The notes under the pieces: generated by a model
The model's input: only the letters and a program-made list of their open reading frames with translations
Told to the model about the DNA's origin: nothing
Databases searched by the model: none
From: Octopus vulgaris
Lineage: Eukaryota
Reading direction: 5' to 3'
NCBI GenBank assembly: GCA_951406725.2
Contig: OX597819.1
Span: forward strand, 111,290,001 to 111,354,000
Length of the DNA: 64,000 bases
Made by a program: the position numbers and the translations under genes
Part shown: in pieces, positions 12,862 to 25,806 of the stretch
Numbering within the stretch: the stretch's first letter is position 1
How the letters are laid out: every line of letters begins with the position of its first letter

Positions 12862-14142
12862 TCAGGTCATTCCATAAGTTCTGTCCGATTTTCCCTTTTT
12901 TTAAAATTGAATGAAATTTAATAGTATTTTAGAATGTCTAATGAAATTAAAAATTATTTTTATGCATTTGTGTACATTTAAACTAATTAAATATTAATAT
13001 ACAGAATAATAGAATTAAAATTTCTTTGATTAAAACCCTTTCTAACATGAAAGTATCCAAAGAGCATTTACAGCACATAATGTTTTATGAGTGCAAAAAA
13101 GGAAACTCTGCAGCCGAAGCGACTCGAAACATACACTCGATTTAAGGGAAAGAATGCTTGAATGAAAAAACTTGCAGAAGATGGTTTGCAAAATTCAAAA
13201 GTAGAGATTTCAGCCTTGAAGATGAAGATCGAACAGGACGTCCATTTGAGTTTGATGATAAGCTCATTGAGGCATTACTTGAAGAAAATCCTGCATTATC
13301 AGTTGAAGAATTGGCAATAAAGCTTAGTTCAAACGATACAACCGCTCATCATAATCTTCAGCAACTTGGAAAGGTTCCTAAACTTGGAAAATTGGTGCCT
13401 CGTGAATTGTTCGAAAGAAACTGCAAATCCCGAGTTGACATCTGCTCTTCTCTCCATTCCCTCGAATTCATTTCATCCTTTTTGGATAGACTTGTGACTG
13501 GTGACGAAAAATGGATCTTCTATCGAAATGTTAAACGTCGTGGCTTGGTAAAAGGGAAAAAGCTCAACCACAACTGAGAAGGGAACTTCATGGGAAAAAG
13601 GTTCTTCTCTCTATCTGGTTGGACTGCAAAGGAGAATTCACTTTGAATTATTACCACCTAATGCAACAATCAATGCTCAAGTCTACTGTCAGCAATTAGA
13701 GCGTATGAACCAAGCTTTGAAGAAAAAAAGACCCACTTTAGCGAATTGAAATGGAGTGATGTTTCATCAGGACAATGCGCGACCCCACACTGCAAAGATC
13801 TCATCACAGAAGATCAAAGAGCTTGGTTGGGAAAAAATTCCTCATTTACCTTATTCTCCAGACCTTGCTCCTTCAGATTACCATTTGTTTCGTAGTTTAC
13901 AGAATAATTTCGGGAATATAGCTTTCGCAAGCCAGGAGGAGGTCGAAACTGACATTTCAGAGTTCTTCGCTTTAAAACCAGAAGAGTTTTACATTGATGG
14001 GACTAAAAAGCTTGTAAATAGATGGAAGGAAGTCATAGATAATCGGGGAAAGTACTTTGATGATTAAATTTCAATTAAATATAGCATTTGATCACTTGTT
14101 TTATTTATTCAAAATTCGGACAGAATTTATGGAATGACCTGA
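12862..14142 (+). mobile_element. Full-length mariner (Tc1/mariner, DD34D) DNA transposon, inactivated
   Basis: 27-bp TIRs tcaggtcattccataagttctgtccga (12862-12888) and tcggacagaatttatggaatgacctga (14116-14142), one mismatch; TA on both sides (12860-61, 14143-44); 1281 bp. Confidence 0.96.
13047..14067 (+). pseudogene. Mariner transposase pseudogene
   Basis: MKVSKEHLQHIMFYECKKGNSAAEATRNI, RRWFAKFKS, LVPREL (WVPHEL-like), TGDEKW, HQDNARPH, YSPDLAPSDY; 34 residues between 2nd and 3rd D. In-frame stops at ~13143 and ~13748; frameshifts at ~13540-13640. Confidence 0.93.
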
Positions 14143-14789
14143 TAGTTCGAATATTCTATGAAGATGAAGGATATTATTTTCACAATTCTTTCGTAGGCAC
14201 TAACTAACGTCGGAAGCGGAAATGGCCGTAAGAGTTTTTACGTCACATAAATGTTGTTATGTCATGTTTTGTATCGAATAATAAGCTACAGATGTGGTCG
14301 AATTGATTTGTTGTTCTAAAGTTTTCTCCATTTCCTGATTATTTAAATTTGATTCCTGATAAACTTTTGTTTATTCTGTTATTACCTGTACTCTACGAAC
14401 GTAGTATGCCTGCATACACATGCCCGGAGATAACACAGGTAACTGATAGTAAATACGGGTAATTTATCCCTTTGTCGGTTACTATAACCGCTGACTCTTT
14501 TTACCTAATATATATATCTATATATATACATACATGCATGCATACACACGCACGCACACGTGAGCGTACGTATATATATGGAGAGAGAGGGTACCTAGGC
14601 AGTTTCCGTCTACTAAATTCACTTAGAAGGCATTAGTTGGGCTGGGACTACAGTAGAAGACACATAGGTTACTGTGTTGTGGAATTGGACTCAGAACTAT
14701 CTAGCTGCAAAGCATGCTTCTTTACCACAAATCATGCTTATGCCTATTTATAGATCTATTAGAACTTTTTCACATGATCAAATTCTTCA

Positions 14790-15255
14790 GAATGTTCTTA
14801 GAAGGTTTGTCTGTCCGCCCTGAATTGTAAACCTACGCCAGTTCCTCTGATATGATAGCCCCTGATTTTATTACAGGGATGAAAATTGAGCGGTTCAGTA
14901 CAAAAGCAAGAGTCATACAAGGTTTCATGCTGCTTCCTGTACTGTTGGATATTGTTCTTGTGTGTGTGACAACAGTTTACCGGGGAAGGACAGAAAGGCA
15001 AGCGTGTGTCGGATATAAACTTTCGATTCGACAGAAGCCTTTTCAACATCAGGGGACCACAGGCCACCACCAAATGTAAATACAAATATATCATTCAACT
15101 ACAGTATATTGACGAGGGTGCTCAAGTGGTTCACACACCAAAAGATCTACGGCAGCTGTTACAGACTATTAAATAATGTTGCTGGTGATTAACATTCAGA
15201 AAGCAGATATCATCTGTGGCTGCTGCACGATACTGCCCTCAGTATCCCTCCTTAC
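14790..15255 (-). mobile_element. Degenerate RTE-like LINE reverse transcriptase fragment
   Basis: Frameshifted motifs TDDICFL (YADD-like), 'YL..W..CGPL..DVEK', 'NIQQYRK..ETLY' and 'LNFHPCNKIRGY' follow the motif order of RTE RT C-termini. Confidence 0.55.
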
Positions 15256-15299
15256 TTGGTAACAGCCATTACTAAATAACTAATCATCTTTTACCATAA

Positions 15300-15625
15300 A
15301 CCGGCACTCCAACGGATACGACGACGAGTGCTCCAGTTGACCCAATCAACAGAACAATCTGGTCATTGAATTAACATGCAAGTGGCTGAGGATTCCACAG
15401 AAACGCGTAATCTTAATGAGGTTTTCAGAGAAATTCAGTGTAAAGCAGAATGTGAGAATGCTTGCTTTTTGAAATACAAGTACTATTCATATTTGCCAGC
15501 TGAGTGGACTGGAGCAACGAGAAATAAAGTGTCTTGCTCAAGGGCATAACGCATATCCAGGTATCGAACTCATGATCTAATGATCCTAATCCAAATACCC
15601 TAACCACTTATCCACGCGCCTTCAC
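15300..15625 (-). mobile_element. SINE head D + tail T1
   Basis: Homology; ctttaccataa-like direct repeats on both sides (15289-15299, 15630-15640) suggest a TSD. Confidence 0.85.
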
Positions 15626-16201
15626 TCTCTTTTACCATAAGAGAGGCCTAGGGAACATAACTTTCGTTGGCTAACCATTATACATGGGGCAATTACTGAG
15701 CAGTCGAGGCCCATATGTTCCAGCAGGACTCTACTCATTCACACATAGTCACTGAGACCAGATGCTTTTGCCATCACGGGGCTCTCAACATATATTCTCT
15801 TAGCTCATCCTGATTTGAACCCCCAGATTTATGGGTTTAAAACGTCGTCAAGTTACCGACTTCCTCTGACTGGCGTTGTGAAAGTGGTGGGTAGAGCAGG
15901 GGTGGTGAATGGCATGGGTGGAGTTTGCCTGAACCTTGCATATCGTCTCTTCAGTGGCCGCATCGGTACTGTCATTAGGGCTAAGGGCAGTGTTGCTCAA
16001 TGTCTTTACTTCTTTGATGTATCTCGTTAATGTAGTACGTGTGTGCCATGTTTACAGACAGTAAAAAGTTTTCCTCTGTTGGCGAAACCGGTAAACACAC
16101 ATACAGACACACGGACACACGCACGCACCCCTTACCCCCACGCACACACAAATACACCATGGATACAAAAGCACACAAGCACGCACGCGCACACACGCAT
16201 C

Positions 16202-16241
<40 letters not shown>

Positions 16242-16885
16242 TTCTATGTATGTATACATTTTATTTACATACATACGCACTCGCACAAATAGATATGGGG
16301 AGCGTATAAGATATCCTTAAGCGACTTAACACGTAGGCACAATTAAAGAATTGCTCGTAGAATCCGATAAGGAAATAAAATATATATTCAGTGACGTAAT
16401 TCGATTATCAGACATGCGTACCGCCAGATGTCGCCTCCATCAAACCCACCCAGCTGCCATGTTTGTATTTCATTCCACTTCAATATTTTGTGGCTTGACA
16501 TACGATGTTTATTTAATGTAAATGTTATCTGTTTAATAAATTAACTCCAAAGATATCTACGGATATTAGTCATAATAGCTACTAATCTGAGGCAAAAAAG
16601 AAGCAACAGGTTCGCTGCCGAGATTCGTACCCGTTATCGTTAAAACGGTTTCTCGAGCCTTATTTCTTTTTCGCGCTCAAATTGCTGCTTGTACTCTTTG
16701 ATAACTATTATTGTTGATTGTTATTAACGTTTGACTCTAAAAGGATTTGGTCAGTAGTTTTGACAGACAGGGAGATCACTTAGGGATTCCAGTTTTGGTT
16801 TAATTTTCGACATTGGTGCGGCTCCTGATTTTGCTCTATGTGTTATTGTTGTTTAGAAAACATGGCTCTGCTGGAGCAATTATAT

Positions 16886-17175
16886 GCGGCAAGCTGGCAG
16901 AATCATGGCAGTGAGCTTGCAGAATCGTTAACACGCCGGGCAAAATGCTTAGCGGTATTTCGTCTGCTGCTACGTTCTGAGTTCAAATTCCGCCGAGGTC
17001 GACTTTGCCTTTCATCCTTTCGGGGTCGATTAAATAAGTACCTGTTATGCACTGGGGTCGATATAATCGACTTAATCCGTTTGCCTGTCCTTGTTTGTCC
17101 CCTCTGTGTTTAGCCCCTTGTGGGTAGTAAAGAAATAGGTATTTCCTCAGCCGCTACGTTCTGAGTTCAAATTTG
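16886..17175 (+). mobile_element. SINE family B
   Basis: Homology; second unit truncated at the junction with family A. Confidence 0.9.
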
Positions 17176-17490
17176 GAAGCCTAGTACTTATTCTATCGGT
17201 ATCTTTTGCCGAACCGCTAAGTTACGGGGACGTAAACACACCACCATCGGTTGTCAAGCGATGTGGTGGTGGTGGGGGGGGGGCAAACACAGACGCACAT
17301 ACATATACACACACATTCATATATATATACGACGGCCTTCCTTTAGCTTCCGTCTACCAAATCCACTCACAAGGCTTCGGTCGGCCCGAGGCTAAAGTAG
17401 AAGACATTTGCCCAAGGTGCCACGCAGTGGGACTGAACCTGAACCATGTGGTTGGTAAGCAAGTTACTTACCACACAGCCACTCTTGCGT
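17176..17490 (-). mobile_element. SINE family A, tail-truncated and joined to family B
   Basis: Homology to family A. Confidence 0.9.
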
Positions 17491-18340
17491 GTATGTATGC
17501 CTTCATTGTTTTAAAAAATTATTTATGAGTTTTCTTATTTGAAAAAGGAAACTGAATTCTCACAAAGAAACAACAGTTTCATTGCTAGAATTTGAAAAGT
17601 AACGATGGTATTTGCCAAAAAGCGAAATTTAAGAAAGTGTTGCACATTTTTAATGTTCACGTAACTGATTGTATCTGTAAGGTTCTTGTTAGCAGGCCTA
17701 TTTCTTTTCTTGGGAAATTTAGCGTTTTCAGATTGTCGCTTACACATTTATTACCATATTCCAGTGCACTAGTAACTACTGATATACATGTGTATATGTA
17801 TGTATGTAAGTATGTATGTATGCATGTATCTGTGTATGTATGTATATGTATTTATGCATGTATGTATTTATGCGTGTATGTATTTGTGCATGTATGTATA
17901 TGTATCTATTTGTGTATGTATGTTTGTATATGTATGTATGCATGTATGTATGTATGTATGTATGTATGTATGTATATGTATGTATGTGTATAGTGTATAT
18001 ATGTGTGTATGTGTATTTGTGTATGTATGTACCTATGTGCGTATGTGTGTATGTATGAATGTATGTATGTGTATATATGTATTTGTGTGTATATATGCGT
18101 GCATGTGTGCATGTATGTATGTGTGTATGTGTATGTATGTGTGTATGTATGCATGAATATGTGTGTATGTGCATGTACATGTATGCATGTATGTACGTGT
18201 GTATGTGTGTGTGTGAGAGAGAGAGGGAGAGACTAGGGATGCTGCGAAAGTCACCTATGGCAGAGACATGGCAAAAATATATAAACACAAAAGCCAAAGA
18301 AAAATAGAGAAAATACGATAAAGAAAAATAGAGAAATTGT

Positions 18341-18390
<50 letters not shown>

Positions 18391-18533
18391 ATAAATGAAT
18401 GAATGAAAGAAAGAAAGAAAGAAATTGATGGATATATAGATTGAGACAGAATAGAAGAGAGGGGGGAAAGAGAGAGCGAGAGGGAGAACTGCTGAGAGAT
18501 GTTTCATGGGGTGATAGATATGCTGGACGTTAT

Positions 18534-18558
18534 CATGACGTCATGCCCGGAAGTGAAA
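18534..18558 (+). promoter_or_regulatory. CRE palindrome adjacent to an ETS (ETS-IRF-like) motif
   Basis: CATGACGTCATG immediately followed by cCCGGAAGTGAAA in a short unique island; GATA sites nearby. Confidence 0.4.
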
Positions 18559-18772
18559 GGTTGAATTTGTGAAAGAACTTCCTTTTAAACCAGACTGATA
18601 ACAGATTTACATCTGTTTTGTTCGAAATTCCTTTCGGTGTGTTTTCTCCTCATTTTCTTTATCTCCATCACTCTTTATTATTCTCTTTATTATTTTCTTT
18701 GTTTTCTTATTTCGAGTATCATTCATTCTCAAAACACACACACACACACGCATATATATATATATATACACG

Positions 18773-18863
<91 letters not shown>

Positions 18864-18905
18864 TGTGTGTATATATATACATATATATATGTATATATAT
18901 ATATA

Positions 18906-19455
18906 TTTGAAGGGCAAGACCACTAGGAAGTCGGCCGTATGCTAGAAGTAGATCCCCTACGATCAAACTACAAAGAAAGGAATGTTCTCTAGAGGAAAAT
19001 TCAGCGGACACCAGAACGAAATGCGGGCAAGACAGATGAAAATTATATAAAAGACCAGATTTACTCACAGACAGGCGGTTTCGCCTATTAACGAATGAAT
19101 CACTTATGTAATCCATTGTCAGTAGGCTCGTCAGTGTGGTCGTTCTATAGGTAATGCAATTTGTAAAGCTAACCACCAGTATTCCGTATAAAAACAGACA
19201 TGTGCTTAGCTTCACCGATTACATTGGTGTTAATTTCAAATGTCTTCGTTCTGGCGTGCTAAAATCCCGGAAACAAAATCCGCAGTAAATAATTTACTGC
19301 AGTTAATTTATTTAATTTTCATCTGTCTTGCCCGCATTTCGTTCTGGTGTCCGCTGAATTTTCCTCTAGAAAACATTCCTTTCTTTGTAATTTGATCGTA
19401 GGTGATCTACTTCTAGCATACGGCCGACCACCTAGTGGTTTTGCCCTTCAAATAT
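18906..19455. mobile_element. Non-autonomous DNA element (MITE) with ~140-bp TIRs in TA-rich sequence
   Basis: tttgaagggcaagaccactagg...gcgggcaagacagatgaaa (18906-19040) is a near-perfect inverted copy of tttcatctgtcttgcccgc...cctagtggttttgcccttcaaa (19317-19452). Confidence 0.9.
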
Positions 19456-19557
19456 ACACACGTATTAGAATTTTGATGGGTCGAACAATTATAGTGAATA
19501 ATAAAAACTCTCATATCTTTCATCTTCCATCTCTCATTAACCAAATCTGTCTGTCTC

Positions 19558-19640
<83 letters not shown>

Positions 19641-19980
19641 GTCTGTCTGTCTGTCTGTCTGTCTATTTACATATATACATGAAAGTATCTTAAGACTTTT
19701 ATATGTTAAATAACATAATATAAGCGTGAATCGCAAGCCTGAACCGCGATTCTGTTCTGTCGTTCGATAATACGTGTTAACATGTTTGAAAACAATAAAA
19801 TGACTTTTGTGCGTCGGCCATTGTTTTTTGCCAATCATCTAGCAAGGGGTCATTTTTGATATCATGAAAGGAGAGTTTGGCAACATATCGGCAATACGGA
19901 GTGATTCCATATTCAATCTAAGATGAGAGGAGCATGACAGCTGATAAGAAACGTCCCTGTTATACAGAAGTAACAGGAAT

Positions 19981-20345
19981 TTGATACGTTTTGAAATGCT
20001 TACACCTTAGCTAATGCTGCTCTTCAGATGCTGGTAATATTTCCCAATTGTTATTGATTTCTACATCTACTTTGAAAGTGCAGTGGTGTTTTCGGGTTTT
20101 GGACTGTCTCAATGTAGCAGGCATCTCTTGAAAAGTGCTCCATAGGTGCATGTAGCTTGATGTGATGTCTGATCGAGACTTGATCTCGCTTTATAGGAGT
20201 AAAAATTTTCGGTTTTGGTAGTTTTATATCGGTTTCTTTCAATGTGTGTTTGACTGCAGCATTCTAGCATTCTGCTTTGTGGATCTTTTGAAATTTCATC
20301 CCAACGCACGCTCATTAATCCTGTCGAACGTGGTTTCATATAATT
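19981..20345 (-). mobile_element. Probable Penelope-like relic (GIY-YIG C-terminal part with decayed HHR downstream)
   Basis: YETTFDRINERA and RDACYIETVQNPKTPLHFQ fragments, then ctgaaga...(a)aaacgta on the minus strand at 19981-20030. Confidence 0.4.
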
Positions 20346-20705
20346 ATCTATATTATCTAAACTATCTTTGATAGAGAAAACGTTGCCATAACACGGTCTA
20401 CTAATTTGAATCTATTCAATAACATCGCATTAATCATTCTCTAGTTCAAAAGCGACGAAAACGAAAACAAATGGAAATTTATCCAATTCAGCATAGAAGC
20501 TATAATTATTTAAACGCCAGCAATTTCGCCAGAAGATACATTAATATTAGGGAAAGATACTAGAATATTATGATGTAGGCTAGAAAGACTCTACTTTTTA
20601 ATAAGGATTTTAATTTGATTAAGAATAAAGGATAATCTTGATATATCATTATGGGCCGCATAGATTGTGCCTGCTTTACAAAATGCAGAGTTCTAATGAA
20701 AGCAT

Positions 20706-21105
20706 TTACTCTTTTACTCTTTTGTTTCATCATCTGACTGTGGCCATGCTGGAGCACCGCCTTTAGTGGAGCAAATCGACCCAAGGACTTTTTCTTTGTA
20801 AGCTTTGTACTTATTCTATTGGTCTCTTTTGCCGAACCGCTAAGTTACGGGGCGAAAACACACCAGCGTCGGTTGTCAAGCGATGTTGGGAGGACAAACT
20901 CAGACACAGAAACATATACGCACACATACATATATATACATATATATCACGGGCTTCTTTCAATTTCCGTCTACCAAATCCACTCACAAGGCTTTGGGCG
21001 GCCCGAGGCTATAGTAGAAGATACTTGCCCAAGGTGCCATGCAGTGAGACTGAACCCGGAACCATGTGGTTGGTAAGCAAGTTACTTACCGCGCAACCAC
21101 TCCTA
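20706..21105 (-). mobile_element. SINE family A
   Basis: Homology to family A. Confidence 0.9.
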
Positions 21106-22385
21106 CTCATTATAGAAGATCTTTCCAGAAAAGGCATTGGGTGCGTTGCTTGCATCTGCAGGAATTTGTAATCTACAAATGCAACATTTATACAAATCTG
21201 GCTAAGGGTAACTGTCGAAACGAACCTTATAACCGTAAATGTCACTGTTTTTGCATTTAACCCGAACTCTAAATCGTGTGCCCTTTAAGAAGTCAAAGAG
21301 TACCCTGTTGTACTTCCACACATAACTCCAACTCACTAAATGCTATCAAACATACACTTTCAAATTTTGGCACAAGACCTGCAGGAAAGGTTTAGTCGAT
21401 TATACAACTCAGCTGCTTAACTACTATTTATTTTATTGACCCCGAAAGGCTGAAAGGCAAAATTGACCTTGGCGAAATATGAACTCAAAACGTAAAGAGC
21501 GGGAAGAAATTCCGCTAAGCATTGTCTTCGGACACATAATGATTCTGCCATTTCACGCCTTAACATGCTATAATAACATTATAATCTACCGAACTCACAT
21601 GCAACATACGAGGGCAAAGTGCATAACGTAGCAGATACAGAGAGAAAATATGATCTTCACCAACTTCATCAATGAACCACTCTGTAAACATTATAAAATG
21701 AAATGTTATATTCTATACTCCGTCATTGTAGCTTATGTTGCATAACATAATTATAAAATGCTCTATGGTAAAACATTTTCTTTTCCAAATAAGAAATTAT
21801 TTTCGAGCTGTATCAATATTCAAGAAGTTGTTCAATGCACCAAAGGCCAAAACGCAAAAAGTCAACAACCAACGTAGAATGAAATGAGCAAACACGCAAT
21901 TTTGAGGCATTGGGTTTTGCATTCTTGAGGGCAAAATGCTTTCCGCAGCCTAGTAGAGAGATAAAAAATTAACTAAGGTGGTGCTGTGGTCAGAAATACA
22001 TAGCAGAAAACTGAGGCGTTACCAAAACTAATGCAAGACCGAGATTCCTGGCGGGGCGTGGTGAGGCGTGGCGTGACTTGGTGAAATAGATCTCGGTTGC
22101 CGTTGCAGGAAGATGAATTTGTTAAGAACCGAAGTAGTTGCTGGTTCTGCAAAAAAGGGTTCGTCTCTGAGATGCAGAAAAGTGTACTGTCCAATAAATA
22201 CAGTGAGTTGAAGATCTTCAAACAAGCTGGAATCATCTCTGTAATTACTTGACAAACTCTCCCTCTCGGTGGTTTTAAAGTATAAAATTAAGAAACAAGG
22301 GAGATAACTCAAATAATATCGGTCAAGCGAAAATTGTGTTAATAGACAAAGAACTACAGAGGGAGAAGTAGAGAGAAGATAGGGG

Positions 22386-22431
<46 letters not shown>

Positions 22432-22805
22432 AGAGAGGAAGAGGGAGAAAAAAGAGGAGAGGAATACCATTGAGAAGGCATACATACAGGATTGACAAAA
22501 TGATTGACTGTGAAATTGCAATACTTAACCTGCTGACAGACAGACAGTCATGTGACTGACTGACAGACAGACAGACAGATAATTAACAGTCACACCGATT
22601 GACATTCTTCTTCTTGATAATGTACTCTAATGAATGTCTTTGTAAATTGTTGTGAGACACACATATGTGTGTATGTATACATATATATATATGTATACAT
22701 ATATATATATATGTATGCATATATATATATATATATTATATATATATATATATATATATGTATACATATATAAATATATATATATATATGCATACATTTA
22801 TATAC

Positions 22806-22837
<32 letters not shown>

Positions 22838-23068
22838 ATGTATGTATGCATATGTATGTGTATGCATATATATATATATATACATATACACAAACACCAC
22901 ACACACGTGTGTGTGCGTGCGCGTATGTGCGTGTGTGTGCGTGTGTGTGTGTGTGAGTGTATGTATGTGCGTGACTGTGCGTGTGTGTGTGTGAGTGTGT
23001 GTTCAGAATGTGAATATAGGAGTATATGTGAGTATGTGTATGCCTGTGTGCGTGGTTGAAAGAAAAAA

Positions 23069-23110
<42 letters not shown>

Positions 23111-23298
23111 AGACAGAGAGAGTTAGAGATTGAGAGAGAGAAAGCGAGAGTGAGAGAGAGAGAAGGAGAGAGAACACACAGGACCGAATCACCTATTTCA
23201 AGTGTTTAATTGTCTCAATGTATTGACTAGTAACGTTTCACGTTTACGCTTCATGTACCCACACCACATCCCACAACCCGTCCCACTGACTCTTGCTC

Positions 23299-24075
23299 TC
23301 CACCACCACCACCATCATCACCACCACCATCATCACCACCACCACCATAACCAACAACAACAACACTACCACAAACGCCAACGTCACCACCATCATTCTC
23401 ACCACCAATACCACCACCCAATAACCACCACTATCACCACCACCACTACTGCCATCGATGCAACTAACACTATCACCATGGTCATCACCACCACCACCAC
23501 CATCAGCACCATCACCACCACCACCACGAACGCCACCATCATTCCTACCACCTTCACGACCCAATAGTCACCGTCACCATCACCACCACCACCACAAGCA
23601 TTACCATAGTAACTACCACTACTGCCGCTTACCATTACCATTTACATCTACCACCACCAATACCACAGAAACCTTTAACACTACCATCGATACTCGTACT
23701 TCTATGAACACTACCACCATGACTACCACTATTATTACCTACATCACTAGGATCATCATTGCTCTGACATTTCAAGGACCACCAATACTAACTTCGCCGC
23801 TATCACTTTTACTCTCATTATCAGTACTACTAACCATCATCACTACCACTGCCATCACGATTACTCCTACCACTAACCACTACTACTACCACCACTGTCA
23901 CCATTACATTCACCTCTAAGACTACGACTGCCATCCTTGCCACTGCTCCATCTCTGTCTCTACCTTCATTACCACCAAGACCACTACCATAACTACCACC
24001 ATTAACACCTCCCGCCACCACTCCATCCGTTACCACAACCAAAACTATCGCTGCAATCGCTACCATTATAAACGC
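23299..24075. repeat. Low-complexity (CAC/CAT/TAC)n region
   Basis: Degenerate trinucleotide repeats; similar tracts at 38985-39400 and 39620-40420. Confidence 0.9.
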
Positions 24076-24185
24076 CATAACATGCGAACCCCTATCGAAG
24101 CCTCTGTGCGGTTGTTAAAGCTGTTAAAAAACACCAGCCAGTTCTCCTTCAAATTATATTCTGCCGTCTTAAATAGCGAAACAAT

Positions 24186-24653
<468 letters not shown>

Positions 24654-24942
24654 TGCTGTTTTCTACAAAGAGGGTAAGAAATGGCAAGGTAAAAGTGTAG
24701 GGTACAAATAAACAAAAGAAGGGAGTGGATTTAGAGAAAGGATTCGCGTGCAGAACATTCGACAGTCACTCAGTGCTGACGAATGTATTTGTTATATTCG
24801 TATAGCGTTAGATTTAGTATAACGCGTTTGATTTCCTTGAAGGTTTTTCACCATTTTCATAACGATTAATAAAATAGCTGCCTCTGGTTTGGTGTAGAAG
24901 CAACATGGAATGAGAATGTGATCTACGATATAAACCAAAAGA

Positions 24943-25080
24943 ATGTGGACATTCCCTTGTAGCACCAATAAAGGACGAATAAAAAATGTCGGAAGTTATC
25001 TCAGCGATTATGACGATATCTGGTCGACAAGTGAAGAAGAGAGCGTCCAGCTGTGTCAGCTGTATGTAGAACTTGTATTT
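24943..25080 (+). other. Candidate 5' exon ending at a consensus splice donor
   Basis: Open frame MWTFPCSTNKGRIKNVGSYLSDYDDIWSTSEEESVQLCQLYVELVF, then GTAAGT at 25081 and T-rich intron-like sequence; no recognised homology. Confidence 0.3.
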
Positions 25081-25593
25081 GTAAGTATTTCAGTGCTGTT
25101 AAATCGCGTTTATCGTTAAGTTTAGTACAATGTCTTTAATTTTGTTTAAATACTTTCATCGTTCTGATAATGACTATTCATTTGGTTTTTATTTTAAACC
25201 ATGTGTTTATTGTCTAGTTTATTTGTGTTGTGTGCGTTAGCGGTGTTATTTTCTGCTTGAAATCGTGCATAGTTTTGTCTACAAGTTTGTTTAATTAGAT
25301 TTTGTTTGTTAATTAGAAGTTTGTTAATTAAAAGTTGTTTAATACGTGTTGCTGCTTTTCTGGTAAAGTGCAGTTCTGAAAGTTTTATCGAGACATTTGC
25401 TCTGTCCAGTTAATTATATATCTTACTACTCCAGTTTTTCCTTTGTACTAATGTTGTGTATGTATCTTATCGCTGTATTCTTAAATATCTAAATTACTTC
25501 TATAGTTTCTGTTGCTCATTAATGTAGTATATATCTTATTGATATATATATCACATCAATATGTGTGTATGTATAAATATACACATATGTATA

Positions 25594-25806
25594 CGAGAGG
25601 AGTGTTGAAAAGTTCCTGGCTTTGGGTAAAAGAAAATACAGGAAGATCAGTTAATTATGATTATATTCAACATATTCCCTTCTCACATTCACACACTTAT
25701 TGCTGCGGCCCTTCAGTTTTTCTAGGCTCTGTAAATGAACTTGGTAGAATAGATGACCAACCAGGCCTTTCACAGAACCCTTAAAGCCAGTAACTTTTCA
25801 GCATGC
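25594..25806. mobile_element. Same ~205-bp MITE family, opposite orientation
   Basis: ta-cgaggagtgttgaaaagttcctggctttgggtaaaagaaaatacagg ... aaagccagtaacttttcagca; matches 4207-4412. Partial ends also at ~12065-12140 and ~36060-36123. Confidence 0.8.

Noticed and set aside
16421-16435. CTCF-like motif ccgccagatgtcgcc
   Set aside because: Single degenerate match, probably inside an old repeat; no independent support.
23202-23919. Poly-His/Thr ORFs
   Set aside because: Low-complexity (CAC)n; no domain or splice evidence.
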